64,000 nt of DNA from Patescibacteria group bacterium (lineage in GTDB: Bacteria > Patescibacteriota > Microgenomatia > UBA8517). A program made the translations under genes and the position numbers. The notes below the pieces were generated by a model. It was not told the DNA's origin and did no database searches. It was given only the letters and a program-made list of their open reading frames with translations. Below, piece after piece: positions 47,690 to 57,335 of the stretch (position 1 is the first letter of the stretch; every line of letters starts with the position of its first letter). The stretch covers positions 5,709 through 69,708 of the forward strand of contig DATFUL010000008.1 in the NCBI GenBank assembly GCA_035260845.1, in the 5' to 3' direction.

Positions 47690-49312
47690 ATGAATTCTTT
47701 TTCTTCTAATAATGATTCCTGGCTTTCTTGGTTTTTAAGGGGAACTTTAATTCTTCTTTTTTTAATCCTTTTTGCCAAACTTTTTGAAGTTCAAATAATT
47801 AAGGGGAACTTTTATAGAAGTCTTTCCGAAGAAAATAGAATTCGCCATATTCCGCTTCCCGCAGCTCGTGGGAAAATAATGGCCCGCGGCGGGGAAGCAC
47901 TAGCTGATAACGTTGCAATTAAAAAAGCAGTTAAATTTACTCCGGGGGCCCCGGCTGTTCTTTCTGAAGATCTAACAAATGCGAATCCAGATGAAATTGT
48001 TACGGATTATAAAAGAGTTTACCCATTGGCTGAAAACTTTGCCCATGCATCTGGGTATTTGTCAGTAGTATCCGATAAAGAGGTTGGTACAGTGGACCCA
48101 GATTGTCCAGAGAAAGGAATAAGACCAAGTGGAATGTTGGTAGGAGTCACCGGACTTGAACAAGAATATGAATGTCAGCTCTTGGGAATTCCAGGGGAGG
48201 AACTGGTAGAAGTTAATACTGCAGGCAAAAAAATTAGAGTTTTGGGAGTCAAGAATCCTGTTCCTGGAACCAACTTAAAAACATCAATTGACTTCGGGCT
48301 TCAAAAGGAACTTGCTATTAATATGGATAAAAAAGGGGCAGCTATTGTGACTGATCCAAATGGTCAAATCTTAGCTTTTTACTCAAGCCCCAGTTTTGAT
48401 CCAAATCTTTTAATAAATAAAGATAATCCCGAAAAAGTTTCGGCACTTCTTAAAAATTCTGACCTTCCATTTTTTGACCGGGTAATAAGCGGAACTTTCC
48501 ATCCAGGGTCGGTTTTTAAGCCATTAGTTGCAATTGCAGCACTTGAAGAAGGCGCAATCGATAAAGATTTTACGTTTAACGATCCGGGAATAATTACTGT
48601 TAATAAATTTACCTACACCAATTGGTATTTTACGGAATATGGAAGACTGGAAGGTGTAGTTAACTTAGTTAAAGCACTGGCCCGCTCTACTGACACATTC
48701 TTTTATAAAGTTGGGGAAATGGTTGGACCAGTTAACATTGCCAAATGGGCCGATGTTTTTGATTTAGACAAACAAACTGGAGTGGATTTGCCTGGAGAAG
48801 CAAAAGGGTTAATCCCAACTCCTGAATGGAAACAAAAAACAATTCATGAGGGCTGGTTTTTAGGCAATACTTACAACATGTCTATTGGCCAGGGTGACGT
48901 TTCTGTAACCCCGATTGAACTCAATACTTATATTTCAGCAATTGCCAGTAATGGGAAGCTTTGCCAGCCACAATTTATTTTTTCTTCGTCTCCGGTTTGT
49001 AGGCAAATAAGAATTGCTCAAAATAATTTAGACTTAGTAAAAGAAGGCATGCGTGCAGCTTGTACAACAGGCGGAACCGCTTACACTTTTTTTGATTTTA
49101 GTGCCAAGCACGGTGGAACCACAGTAGCCTGCAAAACTGGAACCGCTGAAGTTGGAGTAACGGGAGAACCAAATGCCTGGTTTACATTTTTTAGCCCAAT
49201 CGAAAACCCTCAAATAGTTTCAACAATTGTTTTTGAAAAGGGTGGGCAAGGATCAGAAGTTGCGGGCCCGGTTGCTAGGAAAATTGCAGATTATTACTTC
49301 TCTTCACGATAA
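47690..49312 (+). CDS. mrdA: Penicillin-binding protein 2 (class B)
   Basis: PGSVFK (SxxK), STD, KTGTAE; follows mreB. Confidence 0.9.
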   Translation: MNSFSSNNDSWLSWFLRGTLILLFLILFAKLFEVQIIKGNFYRSLSEENRIRHIPLPAARGKIMARGGEALADNVAIKKAVKFTPGAPAVLSEDLTNANPDEIVTDYKRVYPLAENFAHASGYLSVVSDKEVGTVDPDCPEKGIRPSGMLVGVTGLEQEYECQLLGIPGEELVEVNTAGKKIRVLGVKNPVPGTNLKTSIDFGLQKELAINMDKKGAAIVTDPNGQILAFYSSPSFDPNLLINKDNPEKVSALLKNSDLPFFDRVISGTFHPGSVFKPLVAIAALEEGAIDKDFTFNDPGIITVNKFTYTNWYFTEYGRLEGVVNLVKALARSTDTFFYKVGEMVGPVNIAKWADVFDLDKQTGVDLPGEAKGLIPTPEWKQKTIHEGWFLGNTYNMSIGQGDVSVTPIELNTYISAIASNGKLCQPQFIFSSSPVCRQIRIAQNNLDLVKEGMRAACTTGGTAYTFFDFSAKHGGTTVACKTGTAEVGVTGEPNAWFTFFSPIENPQIVSTIVFEKGGQGSEVAGPVARKIADYYFSSR

Positions 49313-49351
49313 GTTATAGTTATTAGATCTCACTTTTTACTATTAGTTAGT

Positions 49352-50434
49352 ATGACTGATAAGGAATATCTAATTGCTCTAAGTACCTTCGTCTCGATTG
49401 GTCCAATGCGGACAAAGCTCCTTCTTTCTTATTTTAAGTCAGCTAGCAAAGTTTGGAAGGCAACCCAAAAAGATTTGTTGGAAGTAGGTCTTCCGGCAAA
49501 ATTAGTAGATAAATTTATTGACCACCGCAGTAAATTTGATATTCAAAAATATCTTGATAATTTAAAAAAAGAGTCAGTTTCGGCTTTAACAATTAATGAT
49601 TCTGATTATCCTGAAAACTTAAAAAGTATTGATGATAATCCATACGTTTTGTATGTTAAGGGCAAATTACTAAAATCGGATTCCCGGGCAGTCGCAATTG
49701 TTGGGACAAGATTAATGACTAGCTACGGGCGGGAAGTAACCCAGAAAATTGCAACAGAACTTGCCAATTTCGGCATAACTGTAATTTCTGGTTTAGCGCT
49801 TGGGGTTGATGCTGAGTCTCAAAGAGCAACCCTTAATGCGGGTGGGCGTACTATTGCTGTTCTTGCCTCGGGACTTGATATTATTTCACCATTAACCAAT
49901 AAAGCTCTCGCCCTGGAGTTTATTAAGAAGAACGGCGCTATTGTTTCAGAATATCCTTTAGGGCATACTCCTTTTCCATCGGATTTTCCGGTTCGGGACC
50001 GTTTAATTTCCGGACTTTCAAAGGCTGTAGTTGTAATTGAAGGCAGAATGAAAAGTGGAACTTTTTATACCGTTCACGCAGCTGCGAGTCAGAACCGGCC
50101 AGTATTTGCTGTTCCCGGGCCAATCACTTCACCCGCTTCGGAGGGACCAAATTATTTAATTCAAAATGGGGCAAGACCAATTACGTCAGCCCGGGATGTT
50201 CTGGATGAACTGCATATGCAGTTAAAAGTTGATACTCGCGCTATTGAAAAAATTATGCCAACAAGTGGAGTTGAGGCTAAAATTGTGGAAATATTGGAGG
50301 TTGAACCTTTACATCTTGACGAGCTTGTTAGAATATCAGGTATAACGACCTCTGAAGTTTCTGCTAGACTTACTATCATGGAAATGAAGGGACTAGTAAG
50401 AAATATGGGCGGGGGCATCTATAAAAGAATCTAG
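49352..50434 (+). CDS. dprA: DNA-processing protein DprA
   Basis: VAIVGTR, ISGLALGVD, FPVRDRLISGLS, FAVPG. Confidence 0.96.
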   Translation: MTDKEYLIALSTFVSIGPMRTKLLLSYFKSASKVWKATQKDLLEVGLPAKLVDKFIDHRSKFDIQKYLDNLKKESVSALTINDSDYPENLKSIDDNPYVLYVKGKLLKSDSRAVAIVGTRLMTSYGREVTQKIATELANFGITVISGLALGVDAESQRATLNAGGRTIAVLASGLDIISPLTNKALALEFIKKNGAIVSEYPLGHTPFPSDFPVRDRLISGLSKAVVVIEGRMKSGTFYTVHAAASQNRPVFAVPGPITSPASEGPNYLIQNGARPITSARDVLDELHMQLKVDTRAIEKIMPTSGVEAKIVEILEVEPLHLDELVRISGITTSEVSARLTIMEMKGLVRNMGGGIYKRI

Positions 50435-50460
50435 AATCTAGTAGCTAGTATCTAGTTTCT
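50426..50460. repeat. Heptamer tandem repeat (AGAATCT family) containing the dprA stop codon
   Basis: agaatct agaatct agtagct agtatct agtttct. Confidence 0.75.
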
Positions 50461-50469
50461 AATACGAAT

Positions 50470-52419
50470 ATGAATTTGATTATTGTTGAGTCACCAACTA
50501 AAGCTAGAACTCTGGGGAAGTTCCTTGGAGAGGGTTTTGACGTGGAAGCAACAACGGGGCATATTAAAGATTTGCCCAAGAGTACTCTTGGAATCGACAT
50601 TGAACATGACTTTGCTCCAGATTATGTTGATGTAGTTAAGCGAAAAGATACAATTGCACTTCTCAAATCAAAAGCCAAAAAAGCAAAGGAAATTTATATA
50701 GCAACTGACCCTGACCGTGAGGGAGAAGCTATAGCATCACACGTTGAAGAGATTTTATCGGGACATAGCAAAACCTTAATGCATCGCATCTCGTTTCACG
50801 AAATCACAAAAGAAGCAGTCGATGAGGCTATTAAAAATCCACACGCCATAAATAAAGATTTAGTGGATGCCCAAATTGGGCGCCGTGTTTTAGATCGCCT
50901 TGTGGGTTACAAACTCTCTCCACTTCTTTGGAAAAAGGTAAGACGGGGGCTCTCTGCAGGGCGAGTGCAATCGGTTGCGGTACGTTTGATTGTAGAAAAG
51001 GAACGCGAGATTGAAAAATTTAAACCTGAAGAATATTGGGATCTTTTTTCGATTGTTAAAAGTAGTAAAGAGAAAAAAGAATTTACAGTTCAACTTGTAA
51101 AGGAGGAGGTTAAGGACAAAAAAACCGCTGATGAGATTTTAAAAGATCTTAAAAGCGCAAAATATAAAGTTAACGATGTAAGAAAGCGTCAGGTTACTAA
51201 AAATCCATATCCTCCTTTCACTACTTCTACAATGACTCAAGCGGCAAGCAGAATCATGGGTTGGTCATCCAAAAAAACAATGTCTGTAGCCCAAAAACTT
51301 TATGAAGAAGGGCTTATTACTTATCATAGAACAGACTCTCTTAATTTATCGCTTCCGGCAGTTATGAAAGCACGTGACTTTATTAAGAAAGATTATGGAG
51401 TTACCTATCTTCCGGAAGCTCCGAGGTTTTATAAGACTACAAATAAATCGGCACAAGAAGCCCATGAAGCAATTCGTCCAACCAGCTTAAATGCAAAATT
51501 GGAAAAAACGGATGATAAATTTTTTGATGACGAGCAAAAGCTATATGAGTTAATTTGGGGAAGATTTGTTGCTTGTCAAATGAATCCTTCCATCTACGAT
51601 GAGACATCGATTGATGTTGAGGCAGATAAACACATACTTCGTGCAAGCGGGCAAATAATGAAATTTGATGGATGGCGACGAATTGTACCCGCCAAGAAGA
51701 ACAGCGAAGAAGAAATTGTAGTTCTTCCGGATGTAGAAAAAGGTGAAGATTTGGATTTAGTTAAAACCTGGGGAGATCAAAAGTTTACCCTTCCTCCTGC
51801 GCGTTATAACGAGGCATCGTTAATTAAAACGTTAGAAAAGTTGGGAATTGGAAGGCCGTCTACATATGCTCCAACGATTTCTGTTATTCAAATAAGAAGT
51901 TATGTAGAAAAAAATGATAACAAACAATTTGTGCCGACTTCTGTTGGAATCGCGGTCAACGACTTTTTAATGATGAACTTTCCCGAAACCTTTGATTATC
52001 AGTTTACCGCAGATATGGAAAGTGACCTTGATCGGGTTGCCGAAGGCAAGTTGCCTTGGGTTAAAACAATTAAGGATTTTTGGAAGCCATTTGAAAAGAA
52101 ATTGGTTGATGTTGAAAAGAATTCAAAGCGGGTAAAAATTGAAGTAGAAAAGTTAGGAATAAAATGCCCAGACTGTAAAGAGGGGGAACTAGTAATTCGC
52201 ACGGGGCGGTTTGGAAAATTTATTTCCTGCTCCAGGTTTCCAGATTGCAAACACACTGAAAAATATTTAGAAAAAATTGGCGTTAAATGCCCTGAGTGTA
52301 AAGTCGGGGACGTGATTGTTAAGAAATCTAAAAAAGGAAAGTTCTTTGGTTGTTCCCGTTACCCAGAGTGTAAATATGCTAGTTGGCGAAGTCCTAAGAA
52401 GGAAGAAGCTTCTGTATAA
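50470..52419 (+). CDS. topA: DNA topoisomerase I
   Basis: IVESPTKA, ATDPDREGE, SAGRVQ, ITYHRTDS, C-terminal zinc ribbons. Confidence 0.98.
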   Translation: MNLIIVESPTKARTLGKFLGEGFDVEATTGHIKDLPKSTLGIDIEHDFAPDYVDVVKRKDTIALLKSKAKKAKEIYIATDPDREGEAIASHVEEILSGHSKTLMHRISFHEITKEAVDEAIKNPHAINKDLVDAQIGRRVLDRLVGYKLSPLLWKKVRRGLSAGRVQSVAVRLIVEKEREIEKFKPEEYWDLFSIVKSSKEKKEFTVQLVKEEVKDKKTADEILKDLKSAKYKVNDVRKRQVTKNPYPPFTTSTMTQAASRIMGWSSKKTMSVAQKLYEEGLITYHRTDSLNLSLPAVMKARDFIKKDYGVTYLPEAPRFYKTTNKSAQEAHEAIRPTSLNAKLEKTDDKFFDDEQKLYELIWGRFVACQMNPSIYDETSIDVEADKHILRASGQIMKFDGWRRIVPAKKNSEEEIVVLPDVEKGEDLDLVKTWGDQKFTLPPARYNEASLIKTLEKLGIGRPSTYAPTISVIQIRSYVEKNDNKQFVPTSVGIAVNDFLMMNFPETFDYQFTADMESDLDRVAEGKLPWVKTIKDFWKPFEKKLVDVEKNSKRVKIEVEKLGIKCPDCKEGELVIRTGRFGKFISCSRFPDCKHTEKYLEKIGVKCPECKVGDVIVKKSKKGKFFGCSRYPECKYASWRSPKKEEASV

Positions 52420-52954
52420 TCTTGTCAACTTTCTCGTTTAGTTCTTTAATCGTTCCATTGTTCATAATCTTAAAGTCGGAAATCTCAATACATTTCTTTA
52501 GATTTTGTTTGTTTGGATCGGCTGAAGTCATCTCGCGTGTTTCATTTGCTAAAAACTCTGCATAGCTAATTTTATCTGTTGAACTAGCTCGTTTTACAAT
52601 TCTTTCATATCTCGTTTTAACATCAGCATCAATTGCAAATAAATAGAACTCAGCCTTCTTTCTTAATGACTCAATTTCTCCAGAAGTTCTAATACTTTCT
52701 ATAATGCAATTACTACTTGCATCAGTAGCTAGTTTGTAAAGTTCATCTACTATATAACTTGGTCCAAACTCAGCTCTTAATTCATTGGCTTTATTGGTCA
52801 TTGAGTCTCTATTTACAATATTCCCATCTTTTTTGATTTCTTTTATTAAATACTCTCGAACGGAGAAGTGTTTGAAGTTTTTATTCTTAACCAAGTAATC
52901 AACAGCAGTTCCTTTTCCGGCACCAAGTGTTCCTGTAATTCCAATTATTATCAC
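52394..52954 (-). CDS. P-loop nucleotide kinase-like protein (dephospho-CoA/NMP kinase fold)
   Basis: IIGITGTLGAGKGT, IESIR, RYERIVKR, NNGT. Confidence 0.8.
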   Translation of the reverse strand: MIIIGITGTLGAGKGTAVDYLVKNKNFKHFSVREYLIKEIKKDGNIVNRDSMTNKANELRAEFGPSYIVDELYKLATDASSNCIIESIRTSGEIESLRKKAEFYLFAIDADVKTRYERIVKRASSTDKISYAEFLANETREMTSADPNKQNLKKCIEISDFKIMNNGTIKELNEKVDKIIQKLLPS

Positions 52955-53024
52955 TTCCGTATTTTTATCAAATAAATTAGATATTGACTAGTGTCACATC
53001 TACTGATAAAAATCATTAGTCATT

Positions 53025-53633
53025 ATGAAAGATATTTTTGGAACTCTTCCGGATTGGGTAATTAAAGATTTTATTAAACGAAAAGTAATTAAAATCAAAA
53101 ATCTTTCCAAAAATTGGGAAAAGGATTTAGATCAGGTCTCCATTGATTTTCATTTAGGTCACAGAGTTTTAATGCCCTCGATGGGACGCCATATTGTTAT
53201 CGATATAAGAAAAGGAGTTACTGAGCAAATGTATGAAAAGATTAATCTTAAAGAAGGTGAGTCATTTGTAATTAGACCAGGACAATTCTTTATTGGAGAA
53301 ACTTTGGAAGATTTTACATTACCGGCAGATATTATTGGCAGACTTGAAGGTAAAAGTAGTTTGGCCCGTTTAGGTATTGTTATTCACCAAACTTCTGCAA
53401 GGTTTGACCCAGGCTGGAGTGGAACCGCAGCACTTGAACTCAGAAACAATAGTGATAATGATGTAATACTTTATTGTGGAGATAAAATTTGTGCCTTTGC
53501 GTTTGAGAGATTAATGTCGCCGGTTGCAAAACCTTGGCAGAAGAAAGGTTATAGAAATCACGGCAACAAAACTTTACACAGTAGGATCAACGAAGACAAT
53601 TTATCTAGAGTTAGTGGCAAGAAAGATAAATGA
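53025..53633 (+). CDS. dcd: dCTP deaminase
   Basis: SIDFHLG, GETLE, EGKSSLARLG, DPGWSG. Confidence 0.9.
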   Translation: MKDIFGTLPDWVIKDFIKRKVIKIKNLSKNWEKDLDQVSIDFHLGHRVLMPSMGRHIVIDIRKGVTEQMYEKINLKEGESFVIRPGQFFIGETLEDFTLPADIIGRLEGKSSLARLGIVIHQTSARFDPGWSGTAALELRNNSDNDVILYCGDKICAFAFERLMSPVAKPWQKKGYRNHGNKTLHSRINEDNLSRVSGKKDK

Positions 53634-54064
53634 TCAAAAAGACTGTCAAATTCACTCTTCTCAGTAAAAACGCAAAGCTACCATCTTATGCACACAATGA
53701 TGACGCTGGATTTGATATCTATACAAACGAAACAACCATTCTTAAAAAGGGAGAATATAAAGGAATTTCTACGGGTGTTTCCTCAGAAATTCCAAAGGGC
53801 TATTTTGTTTCATTTCGCGATAAAAGCGGTCTAGCTTTTAATTTTGGTTTACACACCTTAGGTGGGGTAATAGATGCTGGGTATCGCGGTGAATGGAAAG
53901 TCATTATGGTAAATCTTGGTAAAAAGAATTATAAATTTGAAAACGGAGACAAAGTAGCTCAAGGAATTTTACAAATAGTTCCACACGCAAACATAGTGAA
54001 CTCTAAAAGCCTATCAACAAGTAAAAGAGGAAAAGGTGGTTTTGGAAGTACAGGTAAAAAATAA
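53630..54064 (+). CDS. dut: dUTP diphosphatase
   Basis: AGFD, KSGLA, GVIDAGYRGE, KVAQ, RGKGGFGSTG. Confidence 0.96.
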   Translation: MIKKTVKFTLLSKNAKLPSYAHNDDAGFDIYTNETTILKKGEYKGISTGVSSEIPKGYFVSFRDKSGLAFNFGLHTLGGVIDAGYRGEWKVIMVNLGKKNYKFENGDKVAQGILQIVPHANIVNSKSLSTSKRGKGGFGSTGKK

Positions 54065-54072
54065 GTTAACAC

Positions 54073-55050
54073 ATGACAAAAAAACATCCAGAATATCAAT
54101 ACTTAGATCTTCTAAAAGAACTTGTTGAACATGGAGTTGTTCAAACAGACAAGGGAACCGGAGTTAAAACATACAGTAAGTTTGGCGCACAAATAAGGTT
54201 CGATCTTTCGGAAGGGTTCCCATTATTAACAACTAAAAAAGTTTGGTGGAAAGGTGTTGTTGCAGAACTTTATTGGTTCCTGTCAGGTCAATCAAATATA
54301 AAATATTTAGTAGATAACGATGTCCATATCTGGGATGACTATCCATACAAAATATATAAAGAAAAAATGGCTAAAGGTAAAGTTCCAGAACTAACTAAGG
54401 ATGAATTTATTGCAAAAATAAAAAGCGACAAAAAATATGCGGCAAAATATGGCGAGTTACCACATATTTATGGTGAGCTTTGGAGAAAGTGGCCGGCAAA
54501 AGGTAGAACAATTGATCAAGTTAAATGGATTTTAAAAGAAATCAAAGACGATCCAGATGCGCATAATTTGATAGTTACCTCGTGGAATCCGGAATATTTA
54601 TATAGAATGGCCAAGCCCGAAGAGGCTTCAAGGTTTCCGATTTGCCACAATATGTATCAGGTTAACGTTAAAAATGGCAGGCTTTGTTTGCAGCTTTATC
54701 AACGTAGTGCAGATATTTTTCTTGGAGTCCCTTTTAATATTGCCAGCTACGCTTTGTTAACAATAGTTTTAGCCAAAGTATTGGGCTTAAAACCTGGTGA
54801 ATTTATTCATACATTTGGGGACGTACACATTTACGAAAATCATTTCGCAGCTGCTAAAGAACAATTGGCAAGAAAACCCAAAAAATTCCCAATGGTCAAA
54901 ATTGATCCAAAAGTAAAAACTGTAGATGGATTTAGACCAAAACATGTAATTTTAGAGAGTTATGATCCACACCCTCCGATTAAAGCAGAACTTACAGTCT
55001 CTGGGGGTTATAATTCTAAATTAGGAAAATCAAAAAAGTCCAAAAAGTAA
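54073..55050 (+). CDS. thyA: Thymidylate synthase
   Basis: FPLLTTKK, ELYWF, PICH, YQRSADIFLGVPFNIASY, HIYENH. Confidence 0.97.
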   Translation: MTKKHPEYQYLDLLKELVEHGVVQTDKGTGVKTYSKFGAQIRFDLSEGFPLLTTKKVWWKGVVAELYWFLSGQSNIKYLVDNDVHIWDDYPYKIYKEKMAKGKVPELTKDEFIAKIKSDKKYAAKYGELPHIYGELWRKWPAKGRTIDQVKWILKEIKDDPDAHNLIVTSWNPEYLYRMAKPEEASRFPICHNMYQVNVKNGRLCLQLYQRSADIFLGVPFNIASYALLTIVLAKVLGLKPGEFIHTFGDVHIYENHFAAAKEQLARKPKKFPMVKIDPKVKTVDGFRPKHVILESYDPHPPIKAELTVSGGYNSKLGKSKKSKK

Positions 55051-55562
55051 TGTCTCCAACAATTAGTATTATTGCAGCTCTTGATAAAAAGAATGGAATA
55101 GGAAAAGGCAACAAGATGGCCTGGCGGATTCGTGAAGACCTGATCCGATTAGCCAAAAGAACAAAGGATGGGGTTGTGATTTTAGGTAGAAATACTTATG
55201 AATCAATGGCAGGCTATTATGATATTAGTGGTAAACCCATGCCTGCTAGAGAATACATCGTCGTTACAAGACAAAAAGACTTTAAAAGTAAAAGAGATAA
55301 TACTTATATGGTAAATTCGATTGAGGGGGCATTAAAAAGAGCTAAAGAAAGTGGGGAGAGGGAAGTTTTTATAATTGGAGGGGCGGAAATATTTAGGCAA
55401 ACAATTAGTCTTTCCGACAGATTATATTTAACTTTAGTGGATGGGGATTTTGATTGCGATACATTTTTCCCTGATTATTCTGATTTCAAGAAAGTAATTT
55501 CAGAAGAAGTCGGCTCCGACGAAAGTCTCACTTTTACTTATAAAGTGTTAGAGAAAGACTAA
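55050..55562 (+). CDS. folA: Dihydrofolate reductase
   Basis: IIAA...GIG, GRNTYES, FIIGGAEIF, DTFFP. Confidence 0.95.
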   Translation: MSPTISIIAALDKKNGIGKGNKMAWRIREDLIRLAKRTKDGVVILGRNTYESMAGYYDISGKPMPAREYIVVTRQKDFKSKRDNTYMVNSIEGALKRAKESGEREVFIIGGAEIFRQTISLSDRLYLTLVDGDFDCDTFFPDYSDFKKVISEEVGSDESLTFTYKVLEKD

Positions 55563-55900
55563 TGGGTTTTAGGAGAGGCTAGTTCAAGCAATTTGTCTAC
55601 CGTTCTTTCCTCAAGCGGCAAAAAACCCAACACTTCGTTTGTAAGAACGTCCAATTTTATATGATCATTTCCTTTTCTTTCTTTAATTTCAGATCCTTGT
55701 ACTTCGTAGGCATAAGTATCGTCGATAACTAATAATGATACTTCTCGGGGACTGCGTTTCTTTCCATGGCCAGCAGAGTAGCTGGTAAAAGAAATTAATC
55801 GAACACGGCTTCTTACGGGATCGTTTTCATCTGCTTCATCTCTAATCTGTCTAAGTATCTCTTTTTGATATTGTTTATATCCATCAAATTCTGTAGTCAT
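55559..55900 (-). CDS. Hypothetical protein
   Basis: 113-aa ORF, TGATAAAAT lies 6 nt before the ATG, 4-bp stop overlap with folA. Confidence 0.65.
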   Translation of the reverse strand: MTTEFDGYKQYQKEILRQIRDEADENDPVRSRVRLISFTSYSAGHGKKRSPREVSLLVIDDTYAYEVQGSEIKERKGNDHIKLDVLTNEVLGFLPLEERTVDKLLELASPKTH

Positions 55901-55966
55901 TTTCGGATTTTATCATATTAAAAACTACCATTGGAAAAAGTTATAATAGTTTATATACTCATCCAA

Positions 55967-57268
55967 ATGACAAAAATTCAGGAATTAATTAAAAAAGAAG
56001 AAGTTAGACAACAGGATACTTTAATGATGATTCCATCGGAGAATTATGCTTCAAAAGCTGTGCGGGAAGCTGTTGGGTCGGTTTTAATGAATAAATATTC
56101 TGAAGGTTATTCACACAAACGTTATTATCAAGGCAACGAGATAGTTGACGAGATTGAAGACTTTGCTATAGAAAAAGCTAAAGAACTCTTTAAAGTAGAA
56201 CATGTTAATGTTCAACCATATTCGGGTAGTCCTGCAAATTCAGCCGTTCTTTTTGCACTACTTAATCAGGGAGATAAAATAATGGGCTTAAAGCTTTCTA
56301 GTGGTGGGCATTTAACTCACGGCCACCCTGACATTACCTTTTCTGGTAAGTTTTTTAAATCCGTCCAATTTGGAACAAAAGACGATGGAATTATTGATTA
56401 CCAAGAAGTTGAAAAATTGGCCAAACAAGAAAAGCCTAATTTAATGTTTATAGGTACAACTGCTTACCCGCTTGCACTCGACTGGAAAAGACTTGGGGAA
56501 ATTGCTGACTCGATTAACGCTTGGCTTGTAGCTGACATTTCCCATGTTTCAGGCCTTGTTCTAGCAGATGCATATCCTTCTCCCGTTCCGTATGCAGATG
56601 TAATTACAACAACTACTCATAAAACTTTGAGGGGACCAAGGGGGGCAATGATAATGGTGACTAAAAAGGGAATGGCAAAAGATGCCGAACTTTCGGCCAA
56701 AATCGATAGGGCGGTTTTCCCTGGGCTTCAGGGTGGGCCGCACAATAATACAACAGCAGGAATTGCACAGGCACTGGTTGAAGCAGAAACTCCTGAATTT
56801 AAAAAATATGGCAAACAAGTTGTTGTTAATGCAAAATATTTAGCCCAAGAACTTAAAAGGGGCGGACTAACTGTTGTTACTGGTAAAACAGAATGTCATC
56901 TAATTGTTGTAGATCTTCGTCCGTTAAATCTTTCTGGAAATGTTGTTGCAGAAGCACTGGAAGCGGCTGGAATTGTTGTAAATCGTAATTCGGTACCAAA
57001 TGACGCTGCACCCCCATTTATACCATCAGGAATCCGTTTGGGGACTCCTGGAATAACAACTCGTGGAATGATGGAAAACGAAATGAAAACTATCGCAAGT
57101 TGGATTCTTCAAGTTATCGATCACGTCAAAGATCAAAGACTTCCAGAGGACAAAGAGAAACGCATCGAATTTATGAAGTTGTTCCGCGCAAACCTTTCAA
57201 AAGATAAGTTCTTAGCTAAAATTGCCTCTGAAGTAAAATCACTCAACAGCAAATTTCCAACTCCATAG
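55967..57268 (+). CDS. glyA: Serine hydroxymethyltransferase
   Basis: IPSEN, NKYSEGY, GGHLTHG, TTTTHKTLRGPRG. Confidence 0.98.
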   Translation: MTKIQELIKKEEVRQQDTLMMIPSENYASKAVREAVGSVLMNKYSEGYSHKRYYQGNEIVDEIEDFAIEKAKELFKVEHVNVQPYSGSPANSAVLFALLNQGDKIMGLKLSSGGHLTHGHPDITFSGKFFKSVQFGTKDDGIIDYQEVEKLAKQEKPNLMFIGTTAYPLALDWKRLGEIADSINAWLVADISHVSGLVLADAYPSPVPYADVITTTTHKTLRGPRGAMIMVTKKGMAKDAELSAKIDRAVFPGLQGGPHNNTTAGIAQALVEAETPEFKKYGKQVVVNAKYLAQELKRGGLTVVTGKTECHLIVVDLRPLNLSGNVVAEALEAAGIVVNRNSVPNDAAPPFIPSGIRLGTPGITTRGMMENEMKTIASWILQVIDHVKDQRLPEDKEKRIEFMKLFRANLSKDKFLAKIASEVKSLNSKFPTP

Positions 57269-57335
57269 AAATTGCTGGACGCAATTTGTAGCATCTTGCT
57301 TTAGCAAGCTGTGAAAACTGGTATAATCGGGCAAT

